Counted from the stretch's first letter, positions 19,238-30,988 are shown. The stretch: 64,000 nucleotides of DNA from Candidatus Deferrimicrobiaceae bacterium (GCA_963792415.1 CAWBVY010000004.1:416001-480000); one strand, 5' to 3'. The notes: generated by a model from the letters alone, not told the origin. Numbers and translations are program-made.

Positions 19238-20667
19238 AGCGCCATGCTCTTCAGCGTGGTTTCGTCCATCGGCGGCATCTCCCGCACCATCCTCGCGAAG
19301 GTGTCCGCTAGTTCCGGGGAGAATTGCGTCCCGCGGAACTGCAGGATCTCTTCGATCGCCTCTTCGGACGAAAGCGCCTCCCGGTACGGGCGGTCGGTGG
19401 TCATCGCGTCGAAGGCGTCGGCCAGCGCGATGATCTGGGCGTGGCGTGGGATCTCGTCCCCCTTGATCCCGTCCGGGTACCCCGCTCCGTTGTACCACTC
19501 GTGGTGGGCGCGCACAACGGGGATGTACTGTTCGAGTAGCGGCGCGCTCCGGAGGAGAGCCGTGCCGTCGACAAGATGGGTTTTCATCTGCTCTTCCTCT
19601 GAGGGCGACAGAGGCTCCCCCTTGCGGAGGACGTCCTGGGGGGTCTGGATCTTCCCGAGGTCGTGGAAGATCGCCGCCAGTTCCAGGTTGGAAAGCTCCT
19701 CTTCACCCATCCCGAGGCGGCGCCCCAACATGCACGACATCCGCGCCACGCGGGTGGAGTGCCCAATCGTGTACGGGTCCGGGTCCCTCGCATCCAGCAA
19801 ATCGGCGAAGATGTGCATCATGCTGACGTACGCATCCTCCAGTTGACGCGCCCTCTTTTCCAGGGTGGTCTTCTGGGCGAGGATCGTCTCCGCCATCCGG
19901 TTGAAGTTCCGCGTGAGAGCGCCCAGTTCGTCGGAGGTGCGCGCCGGGACGGGCTGGAACGTATCGCTGCCCGCGAGGGAGAGAACCCCCCGGTGGAGCC
20001 GCTTCACCGGGGTGGTGATGAGCGACGAGAGCAGCAGCGTCCCGAAGAAGGCGATCACCAGGATGCCCCCCGCTACCTTGTAGATCCGCTGCCGGATCGA
20101 CCGCTGCGCGGTCGCAAGACCTTGCATGGAGAGGCCGAGGGAGGCGATCCCCACGCGCACGCGCTGTTCCGGCCGCACCGGCGAGTTGTAGATCGGGGTG
20201 GTGTATTCGAAGAGGCGTTGTCCGTCGCGCACCACCTCGTCCGCCCGCGTGTCGCCGAACGTTGCCAGCGGAAGCAGGGGCGGAACGGAACGGTACGGCT
20301 TTCCCCTCTCCGTCAAGATGTTGTGGGCCACCACGTTGTCGGAGGCGTCCCGGATGGCGACGAAGGCGATGTCGGGATCGCCCGCCTTGGTTTTCGAGAC
20401 CAGCGTGTCCAGTCCCAGCGGATCGTTCGCCAGGAGGGAATATCCCGCGGAGAGCGCCACCACGCGGGAGATCGCGGCGCCCCGCTGGAGCAGGTCGTTG
20501 TGCAGGGTGTCCTTCGTCACCTCCGTGACCACCAAGGTCATGGAGGTGATCAGGAGGAAGACGAGGGGGAGCAGGAACCCGAACAGCTTCAGGCGGATCC
20601 CGACCCCGACCCGACGTTCGATGCCCCCCGGTTCGGTCTGTGGTTCCTTGGCACGCATGGCAATCAT
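19234..20667 (-). CDS. membrane sensor HAMP + HD-GYP phosphodiesterase
   Basis: TM-periplasmic-TM, HAMP (DELGALTRNFNRM), DPYTIGHS, HDLGK, HHEWYNGAGYPDG, ADAFDAMTTDRPYR. Confidence 0.92.
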   Translation of the reverse strand: MIAMRAKEPQTEPGGIERRVGVGIRLKLFGFLLPLVFLLITSMTLVVTEVTKDTLHNDLLQRGAAISRVVALSAGYSLLANDPLGLDTLVSKTKAGDPDIAFVAIRDASDNVVAHNILTERGKPYRSVPPLLPLATFGDTRADEVVRDGQRLFEYTTPIYNSPVRPEQRVRVGIASLGLSMQGLATAQRSIRQRIYKVAGGILVIAFFGTLLLSSLITTPVKRLHRGVLSLAGSDTFQPVPARTSDELGALTRNFNRMAETILAQKTTLEKRARQLEDAYVSMMHIFADLLDARDPDPYTIGHSTRVARMSCMLGRRLGMGEEELSNLELAAIFHDLGKIQTPQDVLRKGEPLSPSEEEQMKTHLVDGTALLRSAPLLEQYIPVVRAHHEWYNGAGYPDGIKGDEIPRHAQIIALADAFDAMTTDRPYREALSSEEAIEEILQFRGTQFSPELADTFARMVREMPPMDETTLKSMAL

Positions 20668-20772
20668 GTATTATACGAGATAGGGCCCGGTTCGTGGGTT
20701 CCACGCTGGCGTGATTGAATAAAAAGGATCGCGGGGCGGTCTTATCTGCGACGACGGGAACGGAGGTGGCGT

Positions 20773-21309
20773 ATGACGATTTCCGGATCGGTCTTCCGGT
20801 GCCTGCTGGCGGGGGCGGCGTTTGCCGCCGCGATCGGATTTTCGGGGCCCTCGCGGGCGGAAGTGAACGTCAACATCAACCTGGGTCCCCCGCCGATCGT
20901 GGTCTCCGCTCCGCCGGCGGTCGTGATGATTCCGCAGACCCAGGTCTACTTCGTCCCGGACCCCCACATCGACGTATTCTTCTACGGGGGGTACTGGTGG
21001 TCGCCGCGCGGCGCGCAGTGGTACCGGGCGAAGGCATATAACGGGCCTTGGGGGGTGATCGAACAGCGCCGGGTGCCCAAGGCGGTGATGTATGTGCCGC
21101 CGGACTACAGGGGAAGGTATGAGCGGGAGCAGCACGTCCCGTACGGCCAATGGAAGAAGGATCACTCCAGTTGGGACAAGCAGAACAAGAAGTCGCACAA
21201 GAAATGGGAGAAGGAGCGCGAGAAGGAGTGGAAGGAGAGCCAAAAGGGTCACGGGAAGGGCAACAAGCACGGCGATCAGGGGGGTGACGGCGGAAAGCAC
21301 GGCCGGTAG
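20773..21309 (+). CDS. secreted hypothetical protein (Pro-rich N-terminus, aromatic WW/WY motifs, K/E/H-rich tail)
   Basis: GGAGG RBS, signal peptide ending SRA, VNVNINLGPPP...YGGYWW...GPW. Confidence 0.75.
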   Translation: MTISGSVFRCLLAGAAFAAAIGFSGPSRAEVNVNINLGPPPIVVSAPPAVVMIPQTQVYFVPDPHIDVFFYGGYWWSPRGAQWYRAKAYNGPWGVIEQRRVPKAVMYVPPDYRGRYEREQHVPYGQWKKDHSSWDKQNKKSHKKWEKEREKEWKESQKGHGKGNKHGDQGGDGGKHGR

Positions 21310-21313
21310 CGGT

Positions 21314-22468
21314 TCAGGCCAGCCGCTGAAGCACCTCGCTCGATACGAACCAGTACCTCTCCGGGAGCCTCAGGCGATCCCCCTCCCGTAGCAGCAAGCC
21401 GGATCCGATCAGGTTTTCAATGGCCTCCCGCGCCTCGTCGGGCGGGGGGCCGTTCCTTTTTTCGATGGAGGGCGGGGACACCCCTTCCGACATCCGCAGT
21501 CCGAAGATGAGCGACTCCTTCCACGCGTCGTTCCGGCCGCACGCGCGGGTCGATTCCCACGGCGGGCGTCCTTCGCCCAGTGCCCGGCCATAGTCGGGCA
21601 GGGAAGGCGGGTTCGCCGTCCGCAGACCGAACGGGGCGGACCCCCCGGGGAACAGCAGACCGTGGGCCGATGGGCCGAGCCCGAGATATCCGTCCCTGCG
21701 CCAATATTTCAGGTTGTGGCGGCACTCCTTCCCCGGACGGGCGAAGTTGGAGATCTCGTAGTGGCGGTACCCGGCGGCTCTCAAGGTCTCCCGCGCCGCC
21801 GTGTACATCCGTGCGACGGTGTCGTCGTCGGGCAGGGCGATGTCGCCGCCCCTGACCGCCGCGTGGAGCGGCGTTCCGGGTTCCGGCGTCAACGCGTAGG
21901 CCGACACGTGGTCCGGCAGGAACGTCACGGCGAGATCGAGGTCCTGTTGCCATTCCGCCTCGCCCTGGGCGGGGTTTCCGAAGATGAGGTCGATCCCGAC
22001 GGAGGAGAACCCCTCCCTTCGGGCGTCCCGGTACGCCGCGCGGACGTCCTCCACGGAGTGGATCCTCCCGAGAGCGGCGAGGGTTTCCGGCCGGAACGAC
22101 TGGACCCCGAGGCTCACCCGGTTGAAGCCGCCCTCCCGGAGCCGGGCGAAATCGTCGCCGGTCACCGTTCCCGGGTTTGCCTCCGTCGTGATCTCGGCGT
22201 CCTCCGCCACGGGAAAGCGCGACCGGATCGAGGCGAGGATCCGGTTGAGCCGGACCGGCCCGAGGACCGTCGGCGTCCCGCCGCCGAAGTACACGGTGTC
22301 CGCAGGGACGCTCGCTTCGCCGGGAAACTCCCGCAGGAGGAGGTCGATCTCCCGCTCCACGAGCGCGGGGAACCCGTCGCGCGCCTCTTCCCCGCCCGCG
22401 ACGGAGTAGAAGTCGCAATACCCGCACTTGCGGACGCAGAACGGAACGTGAACGTAGATCCCCCGCAT
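21314..22468 (-). CDS. hemW: radical SAM heme chaperone HemW
   Basis: YVHVPFCVRKCGYCDF, YFGGGTP, YEISNFA, HNLKYW. Confidence 0.92.
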   Translation of the reverse strand: MRGIYVHVPFCVRKCGYCDFYSVAGGEEARDGFPALVEREIDLLLREFPGEASVPADTVYFGGGTPTVLGPVRLNRILASIRSRFPVAEDAEITTEANPGTVTGDDFARLREGGFNRVSLGVQSFRPETLAALGRIHSVEDVRAAYRDARREGFSSVGIDLIFGNPAQGEAEWQQDLDLAVTFLPDHVSAYALTPEPGTPLHAAVRGGDIALPDDDTVARMYTAARETLRAAGYRHYEISNFARPGKECRHNLKYWRRDGYLGLGPSAHGLLFPGGSAPFGLRTANPPSLPDYGRALGEGRPPWESTRACGRNDAWKESLIFGLRMSEGVSPPSIEKRNGPPPDEAREAIENLIGSGLLLREGDRLRLPERYWFVSSEVLQRLA

Positions 22469-22487
22469 GGACCCATTCTCCCACGTC

Positions 22488-22519
22488 TTGACACGCCCCC
22501 CGAAGTGAATCATCATTCA
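22488..22519 (+). promoter_or_regulatory. fadN promoter with TGAAT-N4-ATTCA palindrome over the -10
   Basis: TTGACA 22488-93, 17-bp spacer, CATCAT. Palindrome at 22506-22519. Confidence 0.6.
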
Positions 22520-22564
22520 GTTTCGCGTTCCGTCCGACACCGACCCGACAGGAGGTAGGAACCG

Positions 22565-24970
22565 ATGTTTCCGAAAATCCGCAAGGTGGCCGTGCTCGGG
22601 GCCGGGGTGATGGGTTCCGGCATCGCGGCGCACCTGGCCAACGCCGGGATCTCCTGCCTGATGCTCGACATCGTCCCGCCGACCCTCTCCGACGACGAGA
22701 AGAAGAAGGGGTTGACGGAGAAGAGCCCCGCCTTCCGGAACCGCTTCGCGTTGAAAGGGCTGGAAGGGATCCGGAAGAGCCGTCCGTCCCTGATCTATTC
22801 GCAGAAGGACCTGGCCCGGATCGCGATCGGCAATTTCGACGACGATTTCGCGAAAATCGCGGAGTGCGACTGGATCGTCGAGGTGGTGATCGAGAATCTG
22901 GAGATCAAGCGGGCGCTCTACGCGAGGATCGAGGCGCTCTGGAAGCCGGGGGTCGTCGTCTCCTCCAACACCTCGGGGATCTCGATCGCGCAGATGATGG
23001 AAGGGCGCGGAAAGGAGTTCCGCCGCCACTTCCTGGTCACCCACTTCTTCAACCCCGTCCGGTACATGAAGCTGCTCGAGATGGTCGCGGGGGAAGACAC
23101 CGACCCCGCGATCTTCGCGGAGATGGCCGCCTTCGGCGAACGGGTCCTCGGGAAGGGGATCGTCTACGGGAAGGACACGCCGAATTTCGTCGGGAACCGG
23201 GTCGGCGTCTTCGCGATGATGCACGCGATGCACGCGATGATCGAGGACGGGCTGACCATCGAGGAGGTGGACAAGGTCCTCGGGCCGGCGATGGGGCGCC
23301 CCAAATCGGCCGCTTTCGGCACCGCCGACCTCGTTGGCCTCGACACGCTCCTCCACGTCTCCGACAACGTCTATGCGAATCTCACGGGCGATCCCGACCG
23401 GGATCGGTTCCTTCCGCCCCCCTTCGTGAAGGAGATGGCGAAGCGCGGTCTGCTGGGCCGCAAGACCGGCGCCGGCTTCTTCAAGATGGAAGGGAAGGGA
23501 GACACGAAGCGGAAGTACGTCCTCGACTACAAGGCGCTGGAGTACCGCCCAACGGAGAAGGTCTCCTTCCCGTCCCTCGATGCGGCGAAGGGCGAGGAGG
23601 AGGCGGGGGCGCGGATCGGGAAAGTGATCTCCGGGGACGACAAGGCGGCGAAGTATGCCTGGAAGGTGCTCTCCGACTCGCTGCTCTACTCCGCGAAGCG
23701 GATCCCGGAGATCGCGGACGACGTGGTCAACGTCGACAACGCGATGAAGTGGGGATTCAACTGGACCCTCGGCCCTTTCGAGACGTGGGACGCGATCGGG
23801 TTGTCCGATTCGGTGGGCAGGATGAAGGCCGAGGGAAAGGCGATCCCGGCGAATGTCGAGACGATGCTCGCCTCGGGGGCGTCCTCCTTCTATCGACGCC
23901 GGGACGGTGCGCTCGAGTTCTTCGATTTCGCCTCCGGCGGGTACCTCCCGGTTCCCGTCTCGCCCGATATCATTTCCCTCCCGTCCCTTGCGGAGCGTAA
24001 GAAGGTGATTCGGCGAAACGCGGGGGCGTCGCTCTACGACATCGGCGACGGCGTGCTGTGCGTGGAGTTCCACACGAAGATGAACGCCATCGACGCCGAC
24101 ATCGGCGCCATGCTGATGGAGGGCGTCGATCTCGCCGAGAAGGAGTTCGCGGGGCTCGTCATCGCCAATCACGCGGAGCACTTCTGCGTCGGGGCGAACC
24201 TGATGCTCGTCTTCCTCGAGGCCCAGAACAAGCAGTTCGACAAGATCGATGCGATGGTCAAGGGGTTCCAGGACGCGTGCATGCGGCTGCGGTACTCCGA
24301 GCGGCCGGTCGTCGCGGCTCCCGCGGGGATGGCGCTTGGCGGCGGCGCCGAGATGTGCCTCGCTGCGGACCGGATCCGCGCGTCGGCCGAGACGTACATG
24401 GGGCTGGTCGAGGTGGGCGTCGGGCTGCTGCCCGCCGGCGGAGGGCTGAAGGAGATGGCGATTCGCCACCTCGAAGGGATCCCGGACGGGGTCGCCGCGG
24501 ACCCGCTCCCGTTCCTGCGCAAGGCGTTCGAAACGGTCGGCATGGCGAAAGTCTCCACGTCGGCGAAGGAGGCCCGCGAGCTCGGCTTCCTGCGGTCCAC
24601 GGACCGGATCACCCTCCAGCGCGACTTCCTGATCCAGGATGCGAAGAACACCGTGCTCGCGATGAACAGGGAAGGGTACGTGATGCCGGAGGCGCGCACC
24701 GTCGCCCTGCCCGGGCGGTCGGCCTTTCCGACGTTCGCCTACGGGCTCTACACGATGAAGGCGGCGGGGCAGATCAGCGAGCACGACGAGAAGATCGGCC
24801 GGATGATCGCCTCCGTGCTGACGGGCGGGGACGTTCCCCCGGGGACGAGACGGACCGAACAGGAGTTGCTCGACCTGGAGCGCGAGGCGTTCCTCTCCCT
24901 CTGCGGCGAGGAGAAGACCCAGGCGCGCATCCAGTTCATGCTGATGAAGGGGAAGCCGCTCCGGAACTGA
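22565..24970 (+). CDS. fadN: 3-hydroxyacyl-CoA dehydrogenase/enoyl-CoA hydratase (FadN type)
   Basis: GAGVMGSGIA, SSNTSG, HFFNP, C-terminal crotonase (FCVGANL, ALGGGAE, GLVEVGVG), GKPLRN. Confidence 0.92.
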   Translation: MFPKIRKVAVLGAGVMGSGIAAHLANAGISCLMLDIVPPTLSDDEKKKGLTEKSPAFRNRFALKGLEGIRKSRPSLIYSQKDLARIAIGNFDDDFAKIAECDWIVEVVIENLEIKRALYARIEALWKPGVVVSSNTSGISIAQMMEGRGKEFRRHFLVTHFFNPVRYMKLLEMVAGEDTDPAIFAEMAAFGERVLGKGIVYGKDTPNFVGNRVGVFAMMHAMHAMIEDGLTIEEVDKVLGPAMGRPKSAAFGTADLVGLDTLLHVSDNVYANLTGDPDRDRFLPPPFVKEMAKRGLLGRKTGAGFFKMEGKGDTKRKYVLDYKALEYRPTEKVSFPSLDAAKGEEEAGARIGKVISGDDKAAKYAWKVLSDSLLYSAKRIPEIADDVVNVDNAMKWGFNWTLGPFETWDAIGLSDSVGRMKAEGKAIPANVETMLASGASSFYRRRDGALEFFDFASGGYLPVPVSPDIISLPSLAERKKVIRRNAGASLYDIGDGVLCVEFHTKMNAIDADIGAMLMEGVDLAEKEFAGLVIANHAEHFCVGANLMLVFLEAQNKQFDKIDAMVKGFQDACMRLRYSERPVVAAPAGMALGGGAEMCLAADRIRASAETYMGLVEVGVGLLPAGGGLKEMAIRHLEGIPDGVAADPLPFLRKAFETVGMAKVSTSAKEARELGFLRSTDRITLQRDFLIQDAKNTVLAMNREGYVMPEARTVALPGRSAFPTFAYGLYTMKAAGQISEHDEKIGRMIASVLTGGDVPPGTRRTEQELLDLEREAFLSLCGEEKTQARIQFMLMKGKPLRN

Positions 24971-24984
24971 GAGCCTGCCGCGAA

Positions 24985-25104
24985 GGGCGCAGCGGGGGGT
25001 TCCGCGACGCGGCGTATGGAGCGAGGCAGGGATTGCGTCGAGCGGAATCGCAGTGAGCGGTCGAAGGTCGCGAGCGTAGCGGAGTGGAAGCCCCCCGCGA
25101 GCCC
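24985..25104. repeat. intergenic repeat family B, copy 2
   Basis: Core of about 97 bp differs from 6570-6666 at 4 positions by manual alignment. Confidence 0.85.
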
Positions 25105-25145
25105 GCAGCGACCGACTCGGGAGAGCACGAGAGGGGGATACGACG

Positions 25146-26324
25146 ATGGCGAAGGCATATATCATCGCGTCGGTGCGCACGGCGGTGGGCAGGGCGTACC
25201 GGGGAAGCCTGAAGGACACCCGCCCGGACGACCTCGGCGCCGCGGCGATCCGCGGGGCGCTGGACCGCGTGCCGAACCTCGACCCGGCGCGGATCGACGA
25301 CGTGATCCTCGGCTGCGCGATGCCCGAGGCGGAGCAGGGGATGAACGTCGCCCGCATCAGCGCCCTGAAGGCGGGGGTGCCCGACAGCGTCCCCGCGATG
25401 ACGATCAACCGGTTCTGCTCCTCGGGGCTGCAGGCGATCGCGATGGCGGCGGAGCGGATCCTCGCGGGGTTCGCCGACGTGGTCGTGGCCGGCGGCACCG
25501 AGTCGATGACGATGGTCCCCATGGGCGGCAACAAGCCTTCCTTCAACCCGGACCTGATCGAAAACCGCCCCGAGGTCTACCTGCCGATGGGGCTGACGGC
25601 CGAGGAGGTCGCCCGCCGGTACAAGGTGACGCGGGAGGACCAGGACCAGTTCGCCTACCATAGCCACCGCAAGGCGCTCGCGGCGATCGGGGACGGCAAG
25701 TTCCGGGAGGAGATCGTCCCGGTTACCACGGTGCTGTTCCAGCAGAAGGAGGACGGCTCGCTCCTCCGCAAGGAGATCGTCTACGACACCGACGACGGCC
25801 CGCGGGCCGACACGACGGTCGAGGCGCTGTCGAAGCTCAAGCCCGCCTTCGACGCGAGGGGGACGGTGACGGCGGGGAACTCCTCCCAGATGAGCGACGG
25901 CGCAGCCGTCGCGATCGTCGTCTCGGAAAGGGTCCTGAAGGAGCTCGGCGTGGAGCCGATGGCGCGCTTCCTCGGGTTCGCCGTCGCCGGCGTGGCCCCC
26001 GAGGTGATGGGGATCGGCCCGATCGCGGCGATCCCGAAACTGATGAGGCGGCTGCGGATGAAGCTCAACCGCGTCGACATCGTGGAACTGAACGAGGCGT
26101 TCGCCGCGCAGTCCCTCCCTGTGATCCGGGAACTGTCGCTGGACCCCGACAAGGTGAACCTGAACGGCGGCGCGATCGCCCTCGGCCACCCCCTCGGATG
26201 CACCGGGGCCAAGCTCACCGCCACGCTCCTCCACGAGATGAAGCGCCGCAACGCGGCCCTGGGCCTCGTCTCGATGTGCATCGGCGGCGGGATGGGCGCC
26301 GCGGGGCTGTTCGAGCGCGCGTAA
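25146..26324 (+). CDS. fadA: acetyl-CoA acyltransferase (thiolase)
   Basis: [28 protein letters not shown]. Confidence 0.95.
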   Translation: MAKAYIIASVRTAVGRAYRGSLKDTRPDDLGAAAIRGALDRVPNLDPARIDDVILGCAMPEAEQGMNVARISALKAGVPDSVPAMTINRFCSSGLQAIAMAAERILAGFADVVVAGGTESMTMVPMGGNKPSFNPDLIENRPEVYLPMGLTAEEVARRYKVTREDQDQFAYHSHRKALAAIGDGKFREEIVPVTTVLFQQKEDGSLLRKEIVYDTDDGPRADTTVEALSKLKPAFDARGTVTAGNSSQMSDGAAVAIVVSERVLKELGVEPMARFLGFAVAGVAPEVMGIGPIAAIPKLMRRLRMKLNRVDIVELNEAFAAQSLPVIRELSLDPDKVNLNGGAIALGHPLGCTGAKLTATLLHEMKRRNAALGLVSMCIGGGMGAAGLFERA

Positions 26325-26349
26325 CCCGGCAGCGCCGGGGAAAAACCGG

Positions 26350-27737
<1,388 letters not shown>

Positions 27738-27781
27738 GAGTCCTCCGTCCGGGGGGTCCGCCCTCCGGGCGTTATTTCCGC

Positions 27782-27820
27782 TTTCATACTTGACATTAAC
27801 GTTAAGAAGAAGTATGAAAT
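27782..27820 (+). promoter_or_regulatory. acyl-CoA dehydrogenase promoter with a LiuR-like operator
   Basis: TTGACATTAACGTTAA (27790-27805) inside a perfect 10-bp inverted repeat TTTCATACTT/AAGTATGAAA. Confidence 0.65.
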
Positions 27821-27889
27821 AGGGAAGGCCCCTGAAACCCGGGGAAGCACAAGCCTGTTGAGAAATACGGGCTGGACCGAGGTGAGCCG

Positions 27890-29668
27890 ATGGCGACCGG
27901 AGAGAAGATTTTGCACGGCGGCGGGTACCTGATCGAGGACGCAACCGCGGGGAGCGTGTTCACCCCTGAGGATTTCAGCGACGAGCAGCTTCAGCTCGCG
28001 GACACCACGGACCAGTTTCTCCGTGAAAAGGTCCTGCCCCACGTGGAAAAGCTGGAGAACCACGACTTCGACCTGATGGTCAAGCTCCTGCGTCAGTTCG
28101 GGGAACTCGGCCTCCTGATGATCGACGCCCCCGAGGAGTACGGTGGTCTCGATCTCTCGAAGACCACGAGCATGCTGGCGGCGGAGAAGGCGTCCATCTA
28201 CGGCGGCTTCTCCGTGGCGTACACGGCGCACTCGGGGATCGGCACCCTGCCCCTCATCTATTACGGGACGAGGGAGCAGAAGGAGCGGTACCTCGGGAAG
28301 ATCATCACCGGCGAGTGGATGGCCGCCTACTGCCTCACGGAGCCCGACTCCGGGAGCGACGCCCTCGGCGCCAAGGCGACCGCCACCCTCACGCCGGACG
28401 GGAAGCACTATCTCCTGAACGGCACCAAGCAATTCACCACCAACGGGAGCTTCGCCGACCTATACACGGTCTTCGCCAAGATCGACCGGCAGCATTTCAC
28501 CGCGTTCCTGGTCGAGCGCGCCTTCGAGGGGGTGAAGCCCGGCCCCGAGGAGAAGAAGCTCGGGATCCACGGTTCCTCGACGACCTCGCTGATTCTCGAG
28601 GATGCGAAGGTCCCCGTGGAAAACGTGCTCGGCGAGATCGGCAAGGGGCACAAGATCGCCTTCAACGTCCTGAACGTAGGGCGTCTCAAGCTCGGCGCCT
28701 GCGTCACCGGCGCCGGAAAGTTCGCCTTCGCGGAAGGGGTGCGGTACGCGAACCTGCGCAAGCAGTTCGGCGTCACCATCGGGACGTTTGGCGCCATCCG
28801 TGAGAAGATCGCCGACACCGCGGCGGCGCTGTTCGCCTCCGAGGCGCTGGTGTATCGCGTGGCCGGGATGATCGACGACCGCCTGGCTGCCGTCCCGAAG
28901 GGGATCCCCGACTACTACGAAGCGTACCAGGAAGGGATCGAGGATTACTCCATCGAGTGCGCGATCGCGAAGGTCTTCTGCAGCGACGTCCTCGCGCTGG
29001 TGGTCGACGAGGTCGTCCAGATCTTCGGTGGGTACGGCTACACGCAGGAGTACCCCGCGGAGCGCTACTACCGCGACGAGCGGATCAACCGGATCTTCGA
29101 GGGGACGAACGAGATCAACCGGATGCTCATCCCCGGGACGCTTCTGCGGCGCGCGAAGAAGGGGGAGATCCCCCTGCAGGAAGAGGTGATGAAGGCGGTG
29201 GGACGCCTCTCCGCGGCCGCGGGGGAACCGCCGGCCGTGCCGTTCGGCGCGGAGAAGGCGCTGCTTCGCAACCTGAAGGACGCCTTCCTCGTGCTCGCGG
29301 GCGCGGCCGTCCAGCGGTTCGGCGGGAAGGTGAAGGACGAGCAGGAAACGCTGATCGCCCTTGCGGACGTGGCGATCAACGTCTTTGCGATCGAGAGCGC
29401 GGTGCTGCGGGCGGAGAAGGTCGCCGCCTCGGGAAACGCCTCCCGGGCGGAGCTCGCCGCCGCGGCCGTCAAGACGTTCACGTTCCCGGCGTCCGAGGCG
29501 GCCGTCAGCGCGGCGCGGCGCGCGGCGTTCTACGTCGGCGAGGGGAATACGCTGCAGATGCTCCTCTCGGGGATCCGGCGGGCGACGCGGTACGACGCCT
29601 CCGGCCTCCTCGACGCGAAGCACAAGCTTGCGGCCGCCGCGCTCGAACTGGAGCGCTACCCGCTGTAA
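27890..29668 (+). CDS. acyl-CoA dehydrogenase (long FadE/ACAD9-like type)
   Basis: AYCLTEPDSGSD, LNGTKQF, QIFGGYGY, RIFEGTNEINR, C-terminal extension. Confidence 0.93.
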   Translation: MATGEKILHGGGYLIEDATAGSVFTPEDFSDEQLQLADTTDQFLREKVLPHVEKLENHDFDLMVKLLRQFGELGLLMIDAPEEYGGLDLSKTTSMLAAEKASIYGGFSVAYTAHSGIGTLPLIYYGTREQKERYLGKIITGEWMAAYCLTEPDSGSDALGAKATATLTPDGKHYLLNGTKQFTTNGSFADLYTVFAKIDRQHFTAFLVERAFEGVKPGPEEKKLGIHGSSTTSLILEDAKVPVENVLGEIGKGHKIAFNVLNVGRLKLGACVTGAGKFAFAEGVRYANLRKQFGVTIGTFGAIREKIADTAAALFASEALVYRVAGMIDDRLAAVPKGIPDYYEAYQEGIEDYSIECAIAKVFCSDVLALVVDEVVQIFGGYGYTQEYPAERYYRDERINRIFEGTNEINRMLIPGTLLRRAKKGEIPLQEEVMKAVGRLSAAAGEPPAVPFGAEKALLRNLKDAFLVLAGAAVQRFGGKVKDEQETLIALADVAINVFAIESAVLRAEKVAASGNASRAELAAAAVKTFTFPASEAAVSAARRAAFYVGEGNTLQMLLSGIRRATRYDASGLLDAKHKLAAAALELERYPL

Positions 29669-29680
29669 GCCACCGGGATG

Positions 29681-29794
29681 CTTCGGCGGAGTCGCCGCAG
29701 GAGGGGGGGCGCAGTGAGGTAAAGCGCAGCCGTGCGGGTTCACCGCACGGCGAGCCACGAACGAGCCCCGCCCTCCGAGGCGACTCCGCCAAAG
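29681..29794. repeat. long nested hairpin element (family C)
   Basis: GGCGGAGTCGCC/GGCGACTCCGCC outer stem and GCCGTGCGG/CCGCACGGC inner stem. Confidence 0.6.
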
Positions 29795-29809
29795 AGAAAC
29801 TCCCTGAGC

Positions 29810-29869
29810 CGCCCCACTGCGACCTTCGCTCTGATGGGGTACCCCCACTGTAGGAATAACCGGGGGTAC
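29810..29869. repeat. repeat family A, copy 2
   Basis: CGCCCCACTGCGA...TGGGGTACCCCC...GGGGGTAC. Confidence 0.65.
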
Positions 29870-29955
29870 GGCGGCTTCCCTCGGGAAAGAGTGTCCTGCG
29901 CCACAACCCACAAGCCATAGTATGATTTGATAAACAATCAACCGGGGGGTGGGGG

Positions 29956-30513
29956 ATGAGAAAGCTCGCCATCGTGCTGTCGTTCCTGCTGCTGTCGTCG
30001 CAAGCCTTCGCGCTGGACGTCGCCGGGGTGAACGTCGCCCCGACGGTTTCCGCCGGCCCGAAGACGCTCTCCCTCAACGGGGCGGGCATCCGCAAGGCGT
30101 ACACCTTCGTCAAAGTGTACGTCGGCGCGCTCTACACGGAAAAGAAGTCCGTCTCGACCGACGAACTGCTGAAGGATCCGGGCGACAAGCTCATCCGGAT
30201 GACCTTCGTCATGAAGAAGGTCGAGAAGGAGAAGATCGTCGATGCGTTCTCCGAGGGGTTTTCAAAGAACTCCCCGGCCGTCGCCGGGACCGCCGATGCG
30301 AAGGGGTTTCTCTCCTGGTTCACGACCGACTTCGTCGCGGGCGACACGGTCGACATCTTCCTCGCCGCAGACGGCACGGTATCGGCCACGCACAACGGGA
30401 AGGCGTTGGGAACGGTGCGGAACCCGGCGCTTGCCCGGGCGGTCCTGCTGATCTGGTTCGGGGAGAAGCCGGCCGACGGGGGCCTGAAGAAGGGGATGCT
30501 CGGGAACGGGTGA
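29956..30513 (+). CDS. periplasmic chalcone-isomerase-like (fatty-acid-binding fold) protein
   Basis: Signal peptide, LSLNGAGIR...VKVYVGALY...IWFGEKPAD..LKKGMLG. Confidence 0.85.
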   Translation: MRKLAIVLSFLLLSSQAFALDVAGVNVAPTVSAGPKTLSLNGAGIRKAYTFVKVYVGALYTEKKSVSTDELLKDPGDKLIRMTFVMKKVEKEKIVDAFSEGFSKNSPAVAGTADAKGFLSWFTTDFVAGDTVDIFLAADGTVSATHNGKALGTVRNPALARAVLLIWFGEKPADGGLKKGMLGNG

Positions 30514-30516
30514 GCC

Positions 30517-30577
30517 CGCCCCACTACGAGCTTCGCGCTGGTGGGGTACCCCCCGCGCTTGGAAAAACGGGGGGCAC
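30517..30577. repeat. repeat family A, copy 3 (between convergent genes)
   Basis: CGCCCCACTACGAGC...GTGGGGTACCCCCC...GGGGGGCAC. Confidence 0.7.
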
Positions 30578-30583
30578 GGCACG

Positions 30584-30982
30584 CTACTTCGGGATGCCGT
30601 AGAAGTCGACGATCCGCTTCCGGTATTCCGAGATGTCCCGCGCCAGGGACGACAGCTTTTCGATCCTCCGGTGGATCGCGTCCGTGTGGGAGTCGAGCAG
30701 CTCGATCAGTCTCGGCATGATCTTGTCCGGCATCTTCGTCTCGCCGTAGATTTCCGCGAGTTCCTGCATCTGCTGGAGCGAGAGCCCCAGTTCCTTCAAT
30801 TTCAGGACGAATTTGATCCGCCGGATGTCGTCCTTCGTGTAATAGCGGATCCCCCCCTCGGTCCGCTGCGGCGGTTCGATCAGCCCCATCTGCTCGTAGA
30901 GCCGGAGCGTCCGGGTCGTCACCCCGAGCGAGCGGGAAATCTCCCCGATCTGCTGGTGGTCTTCGCTGTTTTTCAGCTTCAT
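30584..30982 (-). CDS. MerR-family regulator (LiuR-like)
   Basis: IGEISRSLGVTTRTLRLYEQMGLI..P.RT.GG.RYY...LGLSL, no metal-binding Cys. Confidence 0.9.
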   Translation of the reverse strand: MKLKNSEDHQQIGEISRSLGVTTRTLRLYEQMGLIEPPQRTEGGIRYYTKDDIRRIKFVLKLKELGLSLQQMQELAEIYGETKMPDKIMPRLIELLDSHTDAIHRRIEKLSSLARDISEYRKRIVDFYGIPK

Positions 30983-30988
30983 CCGTAC

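Noticed and set aside
22517-25546. 1009-aa minus-strand ORF
   Set aside because: Antisense to fadN/fadA and reads through repeat B; not a credible protein.
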